NCBI GenBank assembly: GCA_963737905.1
Contig: CAVTUQ010000005.1
Span: 64,001 to 128,000, forward strand
Source: an uncultured delta proteobacterium
GTDB taxonomy: Bacteria; Desulfobacterota; Binatia; UBA9968
DNA length: 64,000 nt
Reading direction: 5' to 3'
Within the stretch, counting starts at the first letter, position 1; every line of letters starts with the position of its first letter. Below, piece after piece: positions 9,843-21,378 of this stretch. The notes under the pieces were generated by a model. The model worked only from the letters and a program-made list of their open reading frames with translations, was not told where the DNA came from and searched no databases. The position numbers were made by a program, and so were the translations under genes.

Positions 9843-11885
9843 ATGGATCATCCGATACAGACAGACACTCTTCGCTGGATCGTCTTCTTGCCCTTGATCG
9901 GTGCAATCATCAACGGTCTCCTGGGCGCGGGCATACAAAAAAAATTGGGCAAGGGAGCAATCAGTTTCATTGCCTGTACGCCGGTTGTTATCGCTTTCGG
10001 GATTTCGCTGGGTGCCTTTTTTCAACTTAGGGGATTGAACCCGGAGCAGCGGTTTCTCATCGATCACCTCTATTCCTGGATCACCTTAGGATCGCTGAAG
10101 GTTGATATGGCCTTCTTGGTGGATCCACTTTCCGCGGTGATGATCCTGGTCGTTACGGGCGTCGGCGGTCTGATCCATATTTATTCCATAGGCTACATGC
10201 ATGATGACAAAGCCTTCTGGCGCTTCTTCGCCTTCCTCAATCTCTTTACCGCCGCCATGCTCACCCTAGTCCTTGGTGATAGCTTGCTTCTGATGTTTGT
10301 GGGTTGGGAGGGAGTGGGGCTGTGCTCCTATGCCCTGATCGGATTCTGGTACCAGGACCACAACAATGCGCGGGCCGGGAATAAGGCATTTATCGTCAAT
10401 CGAGTCGGCGACTTTGGCTTTGTCTTGGGCATATTTCTGTTGTTCTGGACTCTCGACGGGCAGGGCCATGGCACAGTGACCTTCCGCGAGATAGCGAAGT
10501 GGGCGCCGGCTCTCCAAGGTCAGATGATCTGGGGCGTGCCAGTCGTAACCCTGGCGACCCTGTTTCTCTTTGTCGGCGCCACCGGTAAGTCAGCACAGAT
10601 TCCGCTCCATGTCTGGCTGCCCGACGCCATGGCGGGACCGACGCCTGTGAGCGCGCTGATTCACGCTGCGACGATGGTGACGGCGGGCGTCTACATGATC
10701 GCACGGTTGGGCTTCCTTTTCGCTATGGCGCCGGCGACACTGCATGTGGTGGCCGTCATCGCGGCAGCCACCGCGCTTTTCGCCGCGACCATCGCCGTTA
10801 CCCAGAACGACATCAAGAAAGTGCTTGCCTATTCCACGGTGAGCCAGCTTGGCTACATGTTTATAGCGATGGGTGTGGGCGCATACGCGCAAGGGATCTT
10901 TCACCTGGTGACGCACGCGTTTTTCAAAGCCTGCCTGTTCCTCGGCGCCGGAAGCGTCATCCACGCGATGGGCGGCGAGCAGGACATGACAAAGATGGGC
11001 GGTCTCAGAAAGCATATGCCGCGCACCTTCATCACCTACCTGCTGGCGACGCTTGCCATCATGGGTTTTCCAGGAACCGCGGGATTTTTCTCAAAGGACG
11101 GCATTCTCGAGGAGGCGTACGCCCGCGGTGGAATGGAGCTCTGGCTAGCGGGACTGTGCGGCGCCGGCTTGACCGCCTTTTACATGTGGCGCCAGGTTTT
11201 TATGACCTTTTTTGGCGAAAGCCGCGCCGACGAGCACACCAAGCATCATCTGCACGAGTCTCCCGGTGTTATGACCTGGCCGCTGATAATCCTCGCCCTG
11301 GGCGCGTTTCCGGTGGGTTTTCTAGGATTGCCGGCTTTTCTTGGCCATCATCAGTTCGTAGAGTGGATGGAGCCTGTCTTCGGTCACGGTCACGGGGAAG
11401 CAGCCCACCTTTCGCACGAGACCGCCATATTGCTTACCGTGGTGTCCGTCGGTGTGGCGCTGGCGGGATTTGCGTTGGCTTACCTTATGTACTACCGGCA
11501 GAGCCTTGCTCCGGAGCGTTTCTCTTCGCTCGCCGGCGGTTTGTTCTATCGTTTGTCCTACAACAAGTATTACGTGGATGAGATCTATCAGGCGATCTTT
11601 GTCAATGGAACGCTGCTTCTCGCGCGCATCGGCTCTCTGTTCGACCAGTATGTCATTGACGGCATCGTTGACGGCTCCGCCAGCCTCACCCGATTTATCT
11701 CATGGCTGAACGGTCTATTCGATAACTACATCATCGACGGGATCGTCAATGCCGTTGCGAATATCACTTTCTGGATGGGCAACCGCTTCCGCAGAATTCA
11801 GACGGGCAATATCAATAGTTATCTATACGGGATTTTAATCGCGGTAGTCGTCGCCATCATCGTCAAGTTGCGTTACTGGAGCTGA
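9843..11885 (+). CDS. nuoL: NADH-quinone oxidoreductase subunit L
   Basis: GWEGVGLCSY, NRVGD, GKSAQIPLHVWLPDAMAGPTPVSALIHAATMV, THAFFKACLFL. Confidence 0.98.
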   Translation: MDHPIQTDTLRWIVFLPLIGAIINGLLGAGIQKKLGKGAISFIACTPVVIAFGISLGAFFQLRGLNPEQRFLIDHLYSWITLGSLKVDMAFLVDPLSAVMILVVTGVGGLIHIYSIGYMHDDKAFWRFFAFLNLFTAAMLTLVLGDSLLLMFVGWEGVGLCSYALIGFWYQDHNNARAGNKAFIVNRVGDFGFVLGIFLLFWTLDGQGHGTVTFREIAKWAPALQGQMIWGVPVVTLATLFLFVGATGKSAQIPLHVWLPDAMAGPTPVSALIHAATMVTAGVYMIARLGFLFAMAPATLHVVAVIAAATALFAATIAVTQNDIKKVLAYSTVSQLGYMFIAMGVGAYAQGIFHLVTHAFFKACLFLGAGSVIHAMGGEQDMTKMGGLRKHMPRTFITYLLATLAIMGFPGTAGFFSKDGILEEAYARGGMELWLAGLCGAGLTAFYMWRQVFMTFFGESRADEHTKHHLHESPGVMTWPLIILALGAFPVGFLGLPAFLGHHQFVEWMEPVFGHGHGEAAHLSHETAILLTVVSVGVALAGFALAYLMYYRQSLAPERFSSLAGGLFYRLSYNKYYVDEIYQAIFVNGTLLLARIGSLFDQYVIDGIVDGSASLTRFISWLNGLFDNYIIDGIVNAVANITFWMGNRFRRIQTGNINSYLYGILIAVVVAIIVKLRYWS

Positions 11886-11907
11886 TTCTGACGGGAGAAT
11901 GTAAAAG

Positions 11908-13428
11908 ATGGAACACGTGCTCAGTTACATGACCTTTATCCCCGTTGCCGGCATGGTTGTGGTGTTACTGCTGCCGAGCCAGAGCTATAACCTGATCCGC
12001 TGGGTCTCCGCCGCCTTTACCGTCCCTCCGCTTCTCATAGCGTGCTGGCTGTTAGCGAACTTCGATCGGTCTAAGCCTGGTTTGCAATTTATCGAAAGAG
12101 CTTCATGGATTCCCGCCTACAACATTCAGTATCTGGTCGGTGTCGATGGCCTCAGTATCTCCATGGTGCTGCTTACCGCTCTGTTGAGTTTTCTATGTAT
12201 CTTTGCCTCCTGGGGCATCGATAAGGGAGTCAAAGGATACTTCGCACTTTTTCTGCTGTTGGATGCCGGCATGATGGGTGTTTTTGTTGCCATCGATTTT
12301 TTCCTCTTTTTTATCTTTTGGGAAGTGATGCTCCTTCCCATGTACTTTCTCATCGGCGTATGGGGCGGCCCGCGGCGGGAGTATGCCGCCATCAAGTTTT
12401 TTCTCTATACTCTTTTTGGCAGCGGCTTGATGTTGCTTGCTATTCTCGCGCTGTACTTTACCAGCGAACCCCACACTTTCGATATGACGGTGTTGATTTC
12501 TCAAGCCGACAAATTCGGTACTCAAACCTTGTCTATTTGGCCTTTCAATCAGTGGGGTTGGGGCTTCCAGCACGTTGTTTGGATGGCGCTTTTCATAGGG
12601 TTTGCAATCAAAATTCCGGCCTTTCCGTTTCACACCTGGTTGCCGGACGCCCACGTCGAAGCGCCCACCGCGATCTCCGTCATCCTGGCCGGCGTATTGC
12701 TCAAGATGGGTACCTACGGGATCCTGCGGATCAATTTTCCGATGCTGCCGGCGGCGACGGCTGATCTCGCTTTCTGGTTCCTGGGCGCGTTAGGTGCCTG
12801 GAACATTATCTACGGCGCCTTTTGCGCCATGGCGCAAAAGGATCTCAAGAAACTCGTGGCCTACTCTAGCGTCAGTCACATGGGCTACGTCATGTTGGGC
12901 ATGGCGAGTTTTACCACTCAAGGAATAAATGGCGCGGTGCTCCAGATGTTCAACCATGGAACCATCACCGGCATGCTCTTTCTTTTGGTGGGTGTTATAT
13001 ACGACCGTGCTCATCATCGTGACATCGAAGGGTTCGGGGGGTTGGCTACGATCATGCCCGTCTATACGGGCGTCACGGCGCTCGCCTTCTTCGCCTCTAT
13101 GGGTCTACCCGGTCTCTCCGGATTCATCTCCGAAGTTCTGGTTTTACTCGGAAGTTGGCAAAAGTTTCCGGTGCTTACCATTATCGGCGCAAGCGGTGTC
13201 ATCCTGACCGCAGGTTACCTCCTGTGGACGATTCAGCGCGTTTACCTGGGTCCTGTCAACGACAAATACAAGTTACTCCCCGACATCAATGGCCGAGAGA
13301 TGTTCACCCTGGTGCCATTGGGAGCTATCGTGATTCTCGTCGGTGTCTATCCGAACGTTGTGCTTGATCTCCTGCGCGCATCTTTAGATCACATTAACCA
13401 GATCGTCTTGCCCCATCTCCACAGCTAG
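11908..13428 (+). CDS. nuoM: NADH-quinone oxidoreductase subunit M
   Basis: FWEVMLLPMY, PFHTWLPDAHVEAPT, LLKMGTYG, AYSSVSHMG. Confidence 0.98.
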   Translation: MEHVLSYMTFIPVAGMVVVLLLPSQSYNLIRWVSAAFTVPPLLIACWLLANFDRSKPGLQFIERASWIPAYNIQYLVGVDGLSISMVLLTALLSFLCIFASWGIDKGVKGYFALFLLLDAGMMGVFVAIDFFLFFIFWEVMLLPMYFLIGVWGGPRREYAAIKFFLYTLFGSGLMLLAILALYFTSEPHTFDMTVLISQADKFGTQTLSIWPFNQWGWGFQHVVWMALFIGFAIKIPAFPFHTWLPDAHVEAPTAISVILAGVLLKMGTYGILRINFPMLPAATADLAFWFLGALGAWNIIYGAFCAMAQKDLKKLVAYSSVSHMGYVMLGMASFTTQGINGAVLQMFNHGTITGMLFLLVGVIYDRAHHRDIEGFGGLATIMPVYTGVTALAFFASMGLPGLSGFISEVLVLLGSWQKFPVLTIIGASGVILTAGYLLWTIQRVYLGPVNDKYKLLPDINGREMFTLVPLGAIVILVGVYPNVVLDLLRASLDHINQIVLPHLHS

Positions 13429-13430
13429 CC

Positions 13431-14915
13431 ATGGATCTCAAGAACCTCGAAAGCCTGAGCTTCTTTTACCCGGAGATCATTCTCTCGGGAACGATCCTTT
13501 TGTTGATCGTGGTGGATCTGCTAGTCCGAAGCCAACGAACTCTTGCGACGATTGCCGTGATCGGTTGCATCGGGTCTCTGTTGGCCACCTTTGATCTCTA
13601 CAGTGCGCAACAGGGCTGGCTCTTTCACCGGATGATCATCCTGGACAACTTCAGCCTGTTCTTCAAAGTCTTCGCCCTGGTGGCGACGATCTTGACCATC
13701 TGGATGTCACTGGGGAGCAACGAGATTCGCCAGGTCCATCAAGGAGAGTATTACACACTGCTTTTGACGTGCGCCTTGGGCATGTTTTTTATGGCGTCAG
13801 CGAGCAATCTGCTGACAGCCTATCTTTCTCTGGAGCTGGTGAGCCTCACCTCTTATGTCCTGACCGGTTTTTTGCCGCACAACCGACGCTCCAGCGAGGC
13901 GGCCCTCAAATATCTTATCTACGGCGGCGTTGCCTCTGGGACAATGATCTACGGCATGAGCTGGATTTTTGGTATGACCGGCAGCCTTGACTACGCCGCG
14001 ATCCAGTCGGCTCTGGCGCAAAATGCAGTGAGCAAAGTCGCCCTGTTCATGGCCTTTGTCTTTATCCTGGCAGGATTTGGCTACAAGATGGTCTTTGTTC
14101 CTTTTCACATGTGGTCGCCTGACGTTTATGAGGGAGCGCCGACGCCTTTCACAGCGTTTCTTTCTGTCGCTTCCAATGCAGCGGGCGCCGCGATCATGAT
14201 TCGTTTTTTCTTTCCCGGCGTTTCGCGCCTGGTGGCGGGCGGTGATTGGGCTTTTGTCTCAGGAGTCGAATGGCCCCAGGTGCTGCTGTTCGTCAGCATG
14301 ATTACCATGACCCTGGGCAACCTCTGCGCCCTGAATCAGAGGAATCTCAAGCGGATGCTTGCCTATTCGGGCATCGCTCATGCCGGCTACATGTTGATGG
14401 GATTTGCGGTCCTGAACAATGACGGTCTGCAGGCGATCCTTTTTTACGTCGTGGTTTATTTGATCATGAATCTTGGCGCGTTTCTCGTGGTGGTGATGAT
14501 TGCCAACGCCACCGGCAACGAAGAGATCGAGAGCTACCGAGGACTCGCTTGGCGTGGTGCGGTCCTTCCAGCCGCCTGCTTGGCGGTTTTCCTTTTCTCT
14601 TTGACGGGACTCCCGCCCTTCGCCGGCTTCATCGGCAAATTCCTACTCTTCGCCGTAGTGATCAATCAAGGCGGAACGTTCGTCATCCTTGCAGTGGTGG
14701 CCATCTTGAACAGTGTCATATCGCTCTACTATTACGCCAAGATCGTCAAGACCATGTTTCTCGACACGCCCGACCCTGGCGACAAATCGTTGACTATTGC
14801 CGCCAATAATTTCACGCTCCTCATACCGTTGACGGCACTCACGATTGTTCTCGGGGTTTATTTCTCACCCCTGGTTTATTACACCAGTCAATCTCTGCGT
14901 TTCTTCATGAAATAG
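13431..14915 (+). CDS. nuoN: NADH-quinone oxidoreductase subunit N
   Basis: EAALKY, PFHMWSPDVYEGAPTP, KRMLAYSGIAHAGY. Confidence 0.97.
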   Translation: MDLKNLESLSFFYPEIILSGTILLLIVVDLLVRSQRTLATIAVIGCIGSLLATFDLYSAQQGWLFHRMIILDNFSLFFKVFALVATILTIWMSLGSNEIRQVHQGEYYTLLLTCALGMFFMASASNLLTAYLSLELVSLTSYVLTGFLPHNRRSSEAALKYLIYGGVASGTMIYGMSWIFGMTGSLDYAAIQSALAQNAVSKVALFMAFVFILAGFGYKMVFVPFHMWSPDVYEGAPTPFTAFLSVASNAAGAAIMIRFFFPGVSRLVAGGDWAFVSGVEWPQVLLFVSMITMTLGNLCALNQRNLKRMLAYSGIAHAGYMLMGFAVLNNDGLQAILFYVVVYLIMNLGAFLVVVMIANATGNEEIESYRGLAWRGAVLPAACLAVFLFSLTGLPPFAGFIGKFLLFAVVINQGGTFVILAVVAILNSVISLYYYAKIVKTMFLDTPDPGDKSLTIAANNFTLLIPLTALTIVLGVYFSPLVYYTSQSLRFFMK

Positions 14916-15034
14916 TATTGGGCGCCGCGATTGATCTGCCTTACTCTGGGGTCTATTCAATCGTTTCGTTCGGTTTGACCCTCTCGCCACGCTAGTGCTA
15001 GCTTAAGAGCCGATCTGGAGGCGCCGTTGCTTTG

Positions 15035-16447
15035 ATGAAAATCAAGTCGTTTTTACTTCAGCAAGCGAGCCTTACCACACGGTTTGCCGTCCACAGTTTT
15101 ATTTGTATCGGTATTATGACGGTAGCCCTATGGTTCCTAGTTTCCGACTATCTGATCAATGGGATCTTACGGAGGGAGTGGGAGACGACCGCTCAGTTCG
15201 TTAGAACGGAAGTGAGAGAATTTTTAACCGCGGAAGACTTTACGACCAAAGATCGAAAACCGGTGGGCAAGAAATTCACTGCCCTTTTGCGTCACATTAC
15301 CCTCATGCCCGATATCCTGCGCTTCAACGTTTACAACCCTCAGGGAGTCGCGATCTGGGCGGCGGTTGACAAGCAATTGGTCGGTCGCTCTTTTGCCGAT
15401 AACGAGAAGCTTCAGGAGGCGATTCAGGGAAAGGTGGTTGCGGATGTGAGCTCCTTGAGCCAGCAAGAGAATGTTTCCGAGCGCGACTCTCCTAAGCGGG
15501 CGGTGGAAGTCTTTATTCCGCTTTATTCTGAGGCAACCCGAGAGCTGTTGGGTGTGATGGAGATCTATAAACGTTCGGATCCCATCGATCGAGATATTCG
15601 AGAAGCAAGAATCGTGGTGTTGTTGGGAGCGCTATGTGGCGGCTTGCTCCTGTATCTCTCGTTATTCGCGATCGTCCGGCAAGCGGCGCGGAAGATTAAA
15701 GAGCAAGAGGAGAATCTTCTCAAGGTACAAACGGATCTGGTAGCTTCGCAGCGGATGGCGGCGGTGGGGGAAATAGCCGCGGCGGTAGCCCACGGCATCG
15801 GTAACCCCCTATCTTCCATCCGGGCGGCGGCCCAGGTGGCAAAGCTCGACTGTGACGAGTGTGAGGGACCGGATCTGCAGCAGAAAACTTTAACCACGCT
15901 CGATGAAATTATCCAACAAGTCGACCGGGTGCAGAAACGGATGCGAGGGTTATTGAACTTTGCTAAACCCATGGAACCCCGTCCGGCCCCCGTAGAAATC
16001 AACTCACTCCTGAGCGACATTGTTGATGTCTTGCGGCCGCGATTTGCTGAAGCAGGCGTGAGTCCGCAGTTGGACTTAGACCGGAGCCTCCCCGAGGTGC
16101 AGCTTGACGCCAATCATGTGGAACAGATTTTCATGGGCCTGGTTACCAATGCGCTGGAGGCCACACCCGGTGGGGGTCGCGTAACTATCCGGACAAGTAC
16201 TCTTAAGGACAACGGATCCGCCACCAACGTTCGTATTTCCATCGAAGATACGGGAGAAGGCATCCCTGTTGATGGCAGAGAGCGAGTTTTTGACCCCTTT
16301 TTTACTACCAAACCTGACGGAACCGGCATCGGCTTGCCCCTGGCGAGAAAATTTGTCGAACGGAATGGGGGAAAGATCATTGTCTCCGACGGAACTTCCG
16401 GCGGCGCAAAGTTCGATGTGGTGTTTCCTGTGGGCGGATCAAACTGA
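15035..16447 (+). CDS. membrane sensor histidine kinase (NtrB-like HisKA plus HATPase)
   Basis: Two TM segments; H-box AHGIGNPL, N-box LVTNALEA, G1 DTGEG, F-box FDPFFTTK, G2 GTGIGL. Confidence 0.93.
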   Translation: MKIKSFLLQQASLTTRFAVHSFICIGIMTVALWFLVSDYLINGILRREWETTAQFVRTEVREFLTAEDFTTKDRKPVGKKFTALLRHITLMPDILRFNVYNPQGVAIWAAVDKQLVGRSFADNEKLQEAIQGKVVADVSSLSQQENVSERDSPKRAVEVFIPLYSEATRELLGVMEIYKRSDPIDRDIREARIVVLLGALCGGLLLYLSLFAIVRQAARKIKEQEENLLKVQTDLVASQRMAAVGEIAAAVAHGIGNPLSSIRAAAQVAKLDCDECEGPDLQQKTLTTLDEIIQQVDRVQKRMRGLLNFAKPMEPRPAPVEINSLLSDIVDVLRPRFAEAGVSPQLDLDRSLPEVQLDANHVEQIFMGLVTNALEATPGGGRVTIRTSTLKDNGSATNVRISIEDTGEGIPVDGRERVFDPFFTTKPDGTGIGLPLARKFVERNGGKIIVSDGTSGGAKFDVVFPVGGSN

Positions 16448-16497
16448 GTCCCAGGAGATCTCCTGGCCCAGGGATTTTCGCGCGATGATGGCCGTGG

Positions 16498-17118
16498 CTA
16501 TGTCAGCGGTATCATGATGTGCTTCTGGTACGCTGGTCGCTCGCAAAGACGCTTATACCATGCGTCAAAATTCGCGAATTTCGGTCGTTCGATAGGTAGG
16601 TTGAACCAGCGGTAAGCCCACACTCCCAAGGGGATATCGCCGAGAGTCAAATCGTCGCCGGCGACATAGGGCCTATTGGCAAGTTGATGATCGACCATTT
16701 TCCATGCGCCGCTGGTTTTCTCCAATGCAGTACTGACTACCTTAGGATCTCGTTTGTCGGCGGGCGTGCGGATTAAAGACCAAAACAGGGGGACAATGGA
16801 AGGCCCCAGTGTTGTGAGTTGCCAGTCCATCCATCGGTTCGCATCGGCTCGACCCTCGGGTGTGGACGGAAGCAACTTTCCCTGGCGGTACTTATCGACC
16901 AAATACCGCATGACGCTATTCGATTCCCACAGGATAAAATCCCCGTCTTGGATCGTCGGAACCAGCCCGTTCGGATTCATGTCGAGATACGGCTTTTCTT
17001 TATTCCCGCCAAACTTACCGCCGAAATCGACACGGTCGAAATCGAGGGCCAGTTCGCCGCAACACCAGAGAACCTTCTGCACGTTGGATGAATCCGTTCT
17101 GCCCCATATCTTGATCAT
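16498..17118 (-). CDS. glutathione S-transferase (GstB/YliJ-like)
   Basis: WGRTDSSNVQKV, NPNGLVP, LWESN, RWMDWQ. Confidence 0.93.
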   Translation of the reverse strand: MIKIWGRTDSSNVQKVLWCCGELALDFDRVDFGGKFGGNKEKPYLDMNPNGLVPTIQDGDFILWESNSVMRYLVDKYRQGKLLPSTPEGRADANRWMDWQLTTLGPSIVPLFWSLIRTPADKRDPKVVSTALEKTSGAWKMVDHQLANRPYVAGDDLTLGDIPLGVWAYRWFNLPIERPKFANFDAWYKRLCERPAYQKHIMIPLT

Positions 17119-17282
17119 TGTTCCCTCCGTCGAATTTCAATTTTTTCTTCTGCAGCTCTTATCATTCTTTGCGCTTCATAGACAGTGGCAATTCGTCCCA
17201 TTTTGGCAACCAAGTTGTTACACTACCATCTTGTCCTTTTATCTGCTAAGAAGAGCATAATCACAGAGAAAGTGCGGCTTGT

Positions 17283-17660
17283 ATGAGAAGAAAATCGATT
17301 TGGATATTCGCTTTGTGCGTTTTGCTGCTAGAGGCGATGCCCACAGGGGCGCAGAATCAATCCGAGGGAAAAAAACTCTACGTTACTTATTGTTCCAGCT
17401 GCCACGGGGACAACGGCAAGGGAGACGGCCCGGCTGCACAGTCTCTCCCGGTGAAACCCGCTAATCATACCGATGGGGCGGTAATGAACCAGCTTACTGA
17501 CAAATTCCTGTTGGAGATCATCTCAAAAGGCGGAAGCGCGGTCGGGAAGTCACCCATGATGCCGGCCTGGGGAGGTCAACTCAAAGAAAATCAACTCCGG
17601 GACATTGTGGCCTATGTGCGCAGTCTCGCCGAGCCCCCCCGTAAAGGTTCAGGTAAATAA
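17283..17660 (+). CDS. monoheme class I cytochrome c, exported
   Basis: Signal peptide, CSSCH heme motif, distal MMPAW. Confidence 0.92.
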   Translation: MRRKSIWIFALCVLLLEAMPTGAQNQSEGKKLYVTYCSSCHGDNGKGDGPAAQSLPVKPANHTDGAVMNQLTDKFLLEIISKGGSAVGKSPMMPAWGGQLKENQLRDIVAYVRSLAEPPRKGSGK

Positions 17661-17687
17661 AACTTTGGTAATTTTTCAGTTCCCCCC

Positions 17688-17715
17688 TTGACGATTGGAT
17701 AAGCGAAATTATATT
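17688..17715 (+). promoter_or_regulatory. putative sigma70 promoter of groES-groEL
   Basis: TTGACG-16 nt-TATATT upstream of the AGGAGG RBS; no CIRCE element seen. Confidence 0.4.
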
Positions 17716-17775
17716 TGCTCCATCCAACCTGTGTTTTGGGATATCTAAATCTACGTTTTATTTTAGGAGGGTTTT

Positions 17776-19706
<1,931 letters not shown>

Positions 19707-19731
19707 GGCATTTGACCATTACGTGCATGAG

Positions 19732-19765
19732 AAAGGGTGCCTGAGAAATCAGGCGCCCTTTTTTT
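19732..19765 (+). terminator. Rho-independent terminator after groEL
   Basis: AAAGGGTGCCTGA-GAAA-TCAGGCGCCCTTT followed by a T run. Confidence 0.85.
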
Positions 19766-19818
19766 GGTGGAGATTGTCGACAGCCCTTTGAAAATGAGAA
19801 CGGTTGGTCGTCAAAGCC

Positions 19819-19842
19819 GGGCGGTTTCAACCCGCCCCCTAC
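19819..19842 (-). repeat. single GTAG-type REP-like palindrome
   Basis: Reverse strand reads GTAGGGGGCGGGTTGAAACCGCCC: GTAG followed by a GGGCGG/CCGCCC stem. Confidence 0.5.
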
Positions 19843-20025
19843 TACTGTGTCCGCTTCGATGCTCACTCTCAGTCCACAGCGCGGGTCTTGGAAATTTTTG
19901 GAAATCGGTTCCGGAAATGGTATGAATTTAGGAGGATTCGTCGGAGTCGAAATGCGCGGGCATTTTAAAGTGGGTGGCGGGAGTTCGAGTAGGGTCTCTT
20001 AGGTGTTAATCGGGATCCAGTTACA

Positions 20026-21165
20026 ATGCAAAAGCTAGGCGCTAGACGCCACACGCCCCAATCCATCCGGATTTACGGATGGGCCGCTGCGGCGCTTTTT
20101 TTGCTCGTTTTCGTCTTCGTGAAACAGTCATGGGTCGATAGCGCTTCCCTGAATGACCCTCGCGCGACCGCCCGTGCGGTGTCTCCACGCGGCGAACTCG
20201 CGCCGGGAGAAAAATCAACCATCGCGCTATTTCGCCAAGCTTCGCCGTCGGTTTTGCATATTACGGCGATCTCGGTCCAGCGGGATCTTTTTACTCTCAA
20301 TCTGTATCAAATACCCGAAGGCACGGGCTCCGGTTTCATCTGGGATAATAGCGGAAATATCATTACCAATTTTCACGTGATTCAAAACGCTGATGTCGCG
20401 CAAGTGACGCTGGGAGATCAAACTACGTGGAAGGCGCGTCGCGTCGGTGTGGCCCCGGATAAGGATATCGCCGTCTTGCGCATCGATACACCGGCGAATC
20501 GGCTTCAGGCCATTCCTATCGGTACATCGAAGGATCTGCAGGTAGGACAGAGCGTCTTCGCTATCGGTAATCCCTTTGGGCTTGACCAGTCGCTCACCAC
20601 AGGCGTCATCAGTGCATTGGGCCGAGAAATTGAATCCGTGACGCGGCGGCCCATTCAGGGTGTCATTCAGACCGACGCTGCCATTAATCCGGGAAACTCC
20701 GGCGGCCCGTTGCTCGATAGCGCGGGCCGCCTGATCGGCGTGAACACGGCAATCTATAGCCCCTCCGGTGTTTCTGCGGGAATCGGTTTTGCGATTCCGG
20801 TGGATACGGTGAACCGCATCGTTGCTGAACTTATCCGTTATGGAAAGGTGACGCGGCCGGGAATCGGCGTCCAGATCGCGGAGGAGCAGATTGCCGACAG
20901 ACTCGGAGTGAAGGGAATCTTGGTTGTTGATGTGGTGCCGGGGAGCGCCGCGGCCAAGGCGGGCATTCGGCCGACTCGCCGGGAAGGTTCAGGTCGGGTC
21001 CGCTTGGGCGACGTGATCACCGCCGTCGATGGTAAGAAGATAGAATCACCCAATGAGCTTTTCATTCTGCTCGAGAACTATAAAGTCGGGGACGTCGTCA
21101 ACATATCCTTGCTGCGCGACGGGAAAAACATCCAGACGAAAGTAACCCTGGAGGCGGTCCAATAG
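20026..21165 (+). CDS. HtrA/DegQ-family serine protease with one PDZ domain
   Basis: N-terminal TM; GTGSGF, TNFHV, DIAVL, IQTDAAINPGNSGGPL; C-terminal PDZ. Confidence 0.96.
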   Translation: MQKLGARRHTPQSIRIYGWAAAALFLLVFVFVKQSWVDSASLNDPRATARAVSPRGELAPGEKSTIALFRQASPSVLHITAISVQRDLFTLNLYQIPEGTGSGFIWDNSGNIITNFHVIQNADVAQVTLGDQTTWKARRVGVAPDKDIAVLRIDTPANRLQAIPIGTSKDLQVGQSVFAIGNPFGLDQSLTTGVISALGREIESVTRRPIQGVIQTDAAINPGNSGGPLLDSAGRLIGVNTAIYSPSGVSAGIGFAIPVDTVNRIVAELIRYGKVTRPGIGVQIAEEQIADRLGVKGILVVDVVPGSAAAKAGIRPTRREGSGRVRLGDVITAVDGKKIESPNELFILLENYKVGDVVNISLLRDGKNIQTKVTLEAVQ

Positions 21166-21194
21166 TTGGCTGCCTGCATTTTTCATGTGGCAGC

Positions 21195-21369
21195 GAACGA
21201 GGAGCAAGCTTCTCCGGTCGCGGGCAATGGGCCTCTGGCTCGAGGGAGCCTGCAAACTCAAGTGGCGAAGCGTAGCGTCGAGGGAAATGCCACCTCATAA
21301 CTAAGCCCATCAAAGTCATTGCGGCTCCGCGCCCCTATGCCCGCTCGCTTCGATGCTAACTCCTCGTTC
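21195..21369. repeat. 175-nt element with imperfect ~38-nt terminal inverted repeats
   Basis: GAACGAGGAG at 21195-21204 pairs with CTCCTCGTTC at 21360-21369; GCGGGCA and TGCCCGC sit symmetrically 25 nt inside each end. Confidence 0.6.
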
Positions 21370-21378
21370 AAATCGCGG

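Noticed and set aside
17204-17219. Sigma54-like box upstream of the cytochrome c gene
   Set aside because: TGGCAACCAAGTTGTT has GT rather than the near-invariant GC at -12.
19888-19926. GGAAAT direct repeats upstream of htrA as an operator
   Set aside because: Short, unevenly spaced (10 and 13 nt) and overlapping a plausible -35/-10 pair; not enough to call.
21195-21369. Calling the long hairpin 6S RNA
   Set aside because: Size fits, but there is no recognisable 6S consensus or usual gene context; kept only as an unassigned element.
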